Below are positions 62,463-64,000 of a stretch of 64,000 nucleotides of DNA, in pieces. The DNA lies in assembly GCF_006345805.1 (NCBI RefSeq), contig NC_043005.1:15066001-15130000 (forward strand). The letters run 5' to 3'. The translations under genes were made by a program, and so were the position numbers. Under the pieces are notes generated by a model. The model searched no databases. It was not told the origin of the DNA and saw only the letters and a list, made by a program, of their open reading frames with translations. This DNA is from Octopus sinensis (lineage: Eukaryota). Numbering within the stretch: position 1 is the stretch's first letter; each line of letters opens with the position of its first letter.

Positions 62463-62866
62463 ACTCTTACTCTTTTACTTGTTTCAGTCATTTGACTGTG
62501 GCCATGCTGGAGCACCGCCTTTAGTCGAGCAAATCGACCCCGGGACTTATTCTTTGTAAGCCCAGTACTTATTCTATCGGTCTCTTTTGCCGAACTGCTA
62601 AGTGACGGGGACGTAAACACATCAGCATCGGTTGTCAAGCAATGCTAGGGGGACAAACACAGACACACAAACACACACACGTACATACACATATGTATAC
62701 ATATATACGACAGGCTTCTTTCAGTTTCCGTCTACCAAATCCACTCACAAGGCATTGGTCGGCCCAGGGCTATAGCAGAAGACACTTGCCCAAGATGCCA
62801 TGCAGTGGGACTGAACCCGGAACTATGTGGTTGGTTAGCAAGCTACTTACCACACAGCCACTCCTG
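62463..62866 (-). mobile_element. SINE family A
   Basis: Full-length family A sequence. Confidence 0.9.
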
Positions 62867-63819
62867 TATATAAGGGTAAAACAGATTGAGATTCTTTCTC
62901 TCTCTTGCCGCCTCTTTTCTGCCTCTCAGCAGCAGCACTGGTTGAGTGCACTCCATTGGCTGTACCTGTCTGTATGTTGTATCTCCAGAGGCAATGTGCC
63001 CGCACTAACGGAGCTACAACACAACGCACACAGCTAAAGACGGTTGCTGAAAGCAAAGAGCACACTTCACCTATCCTGTGAAACCTGTAAATAAACCAGT
63101 TGTAAATTGCATTTGTACTTGAAGTCTTCTCTCTTCGCCTGCCGGAGCCTGAACTACACGAAAAACAAAAGAGATAATGGAAGAAGGTGATATTCTCCTG
63201 ATATCGTAAACCTTGCCTTCCATTATATATCTATTTAGAACTAATCAAACTGAGTTGCAAAGTTGAAACAGTAGAAAAACCTATCATTGGCTGCATCAAC
63301 AAATAGCAAATATGAAATGCATTTGCAAAACAGAATTGATTAATTTGCTGCATGGAAGAGAAAACTGATATGTTTCAGGAAGAGAGTACTTCATCAGGTG
63401 TAAGAAATTATTGGTTATACTAAATTACATATATAGTTTGTTTTGGTACTGAAGTGACGGAGAGTAAGAACTGGTTTCTGCCTCTGTATGAAGCTTGGTA
63501 TTGTCACATGTCAGGAAAAGTTACTTTTAGTAGGTAGAAGAGAAAATCGAAGTGACAGCCATAAGCAATGAAGTTAAGGATTAGTCAAGGAGCGGAATGG
63601 AGATGATGAATATAAATGGGAAAAAAAAAGATTGGGGTGCAGTGGGAAGGAATGTAGTCAAAGATCAAAGGAGGAAAAAAAATAGTCACTGTCTGGCAGT
63701 ATTGTTAACTTATATGCTTATCTCTGTATCAACATTTCACATTGCAATTGTTGGGGTATAGTGGGAGGTTTTTCTAGCGTTGAAGAGAGAGAAATATGGT
63801 TAGTTAGGATGTAGCAATA

Positions 63820-64000
63820 TTCCTTTCTTTACTAACCACAAGGGGCTAAACACAGAGAGGACAAACAATGACAGACAAACAGATTAAGTCGATTATATCG
63901 ATCCCAGTACGTAACTGGTTCTTATTTAATCGACCCTGAAAGGATGAAAGGCAAAGTCGACCTCAGCAGAATTTGAACTCAGAACGTAGCGGCAGACGAA
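63820..64000 (-). mobile_element. SINE family B, cut by the window edge
   Basis: Family B tail and central domain. Confidence 0.85.

Noticed and set aside
62200-63190. GC-richer minus-strand sequence as exons of a second gene or a CRE-like LINE
   Set aside because: No continuous frame or recognisable intact motif; probably an old retroelement relic, but not supportable.
63364-63400. Minus-strand CTGATGA...GAAAC motif
   Set aside because: Stems I and II are too weak to call.

Overview
AT-rich, repeat-dense eukaryotic DNA. Its tRNA-derived SINE, RTE-LINE and microsatellite content fits a coleoid cephalopod, probably Octopus (inference from repeat content, not a database hit). The only host gene I can support is an intron-rich, + strand glycosyltransferase family 7 gene (beta-1,4-galactosyltransferase / beta-1,4-GalNAc-transferase bre-4-like). 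It has six phase-compatible coding exons from 24761 to 45016 (369 aa) and a plausible alternative terminal exon at 52202-52226 (347 aa, ending WWFFNFYYP). The rest is mobile DNA: several SINE families, RTE LINE fragments, Tc1/mariner, Chapaev3-like and pogo/Tigger transposase relics, Helitron, hAT and piggyBac-like non-autonomous elements, and a Penelope-like element relic. The most interesting signal is a set of minimal type I hammerhead-ribozyme folds inside palindromic Penelope-derived elements. One of these is a TSD-bounded element at 23270-23644 that fuses a tRNA-like Pol III head to a hammerhead-bearing tail and carries an inverted tail copy, making it a candidate Penelope-mobilised ribozyme SINE. 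Most ORFs in the supplied track are artefacts of microsatellites and SINEs. Repeat boundaries were read by eye and are approximate.
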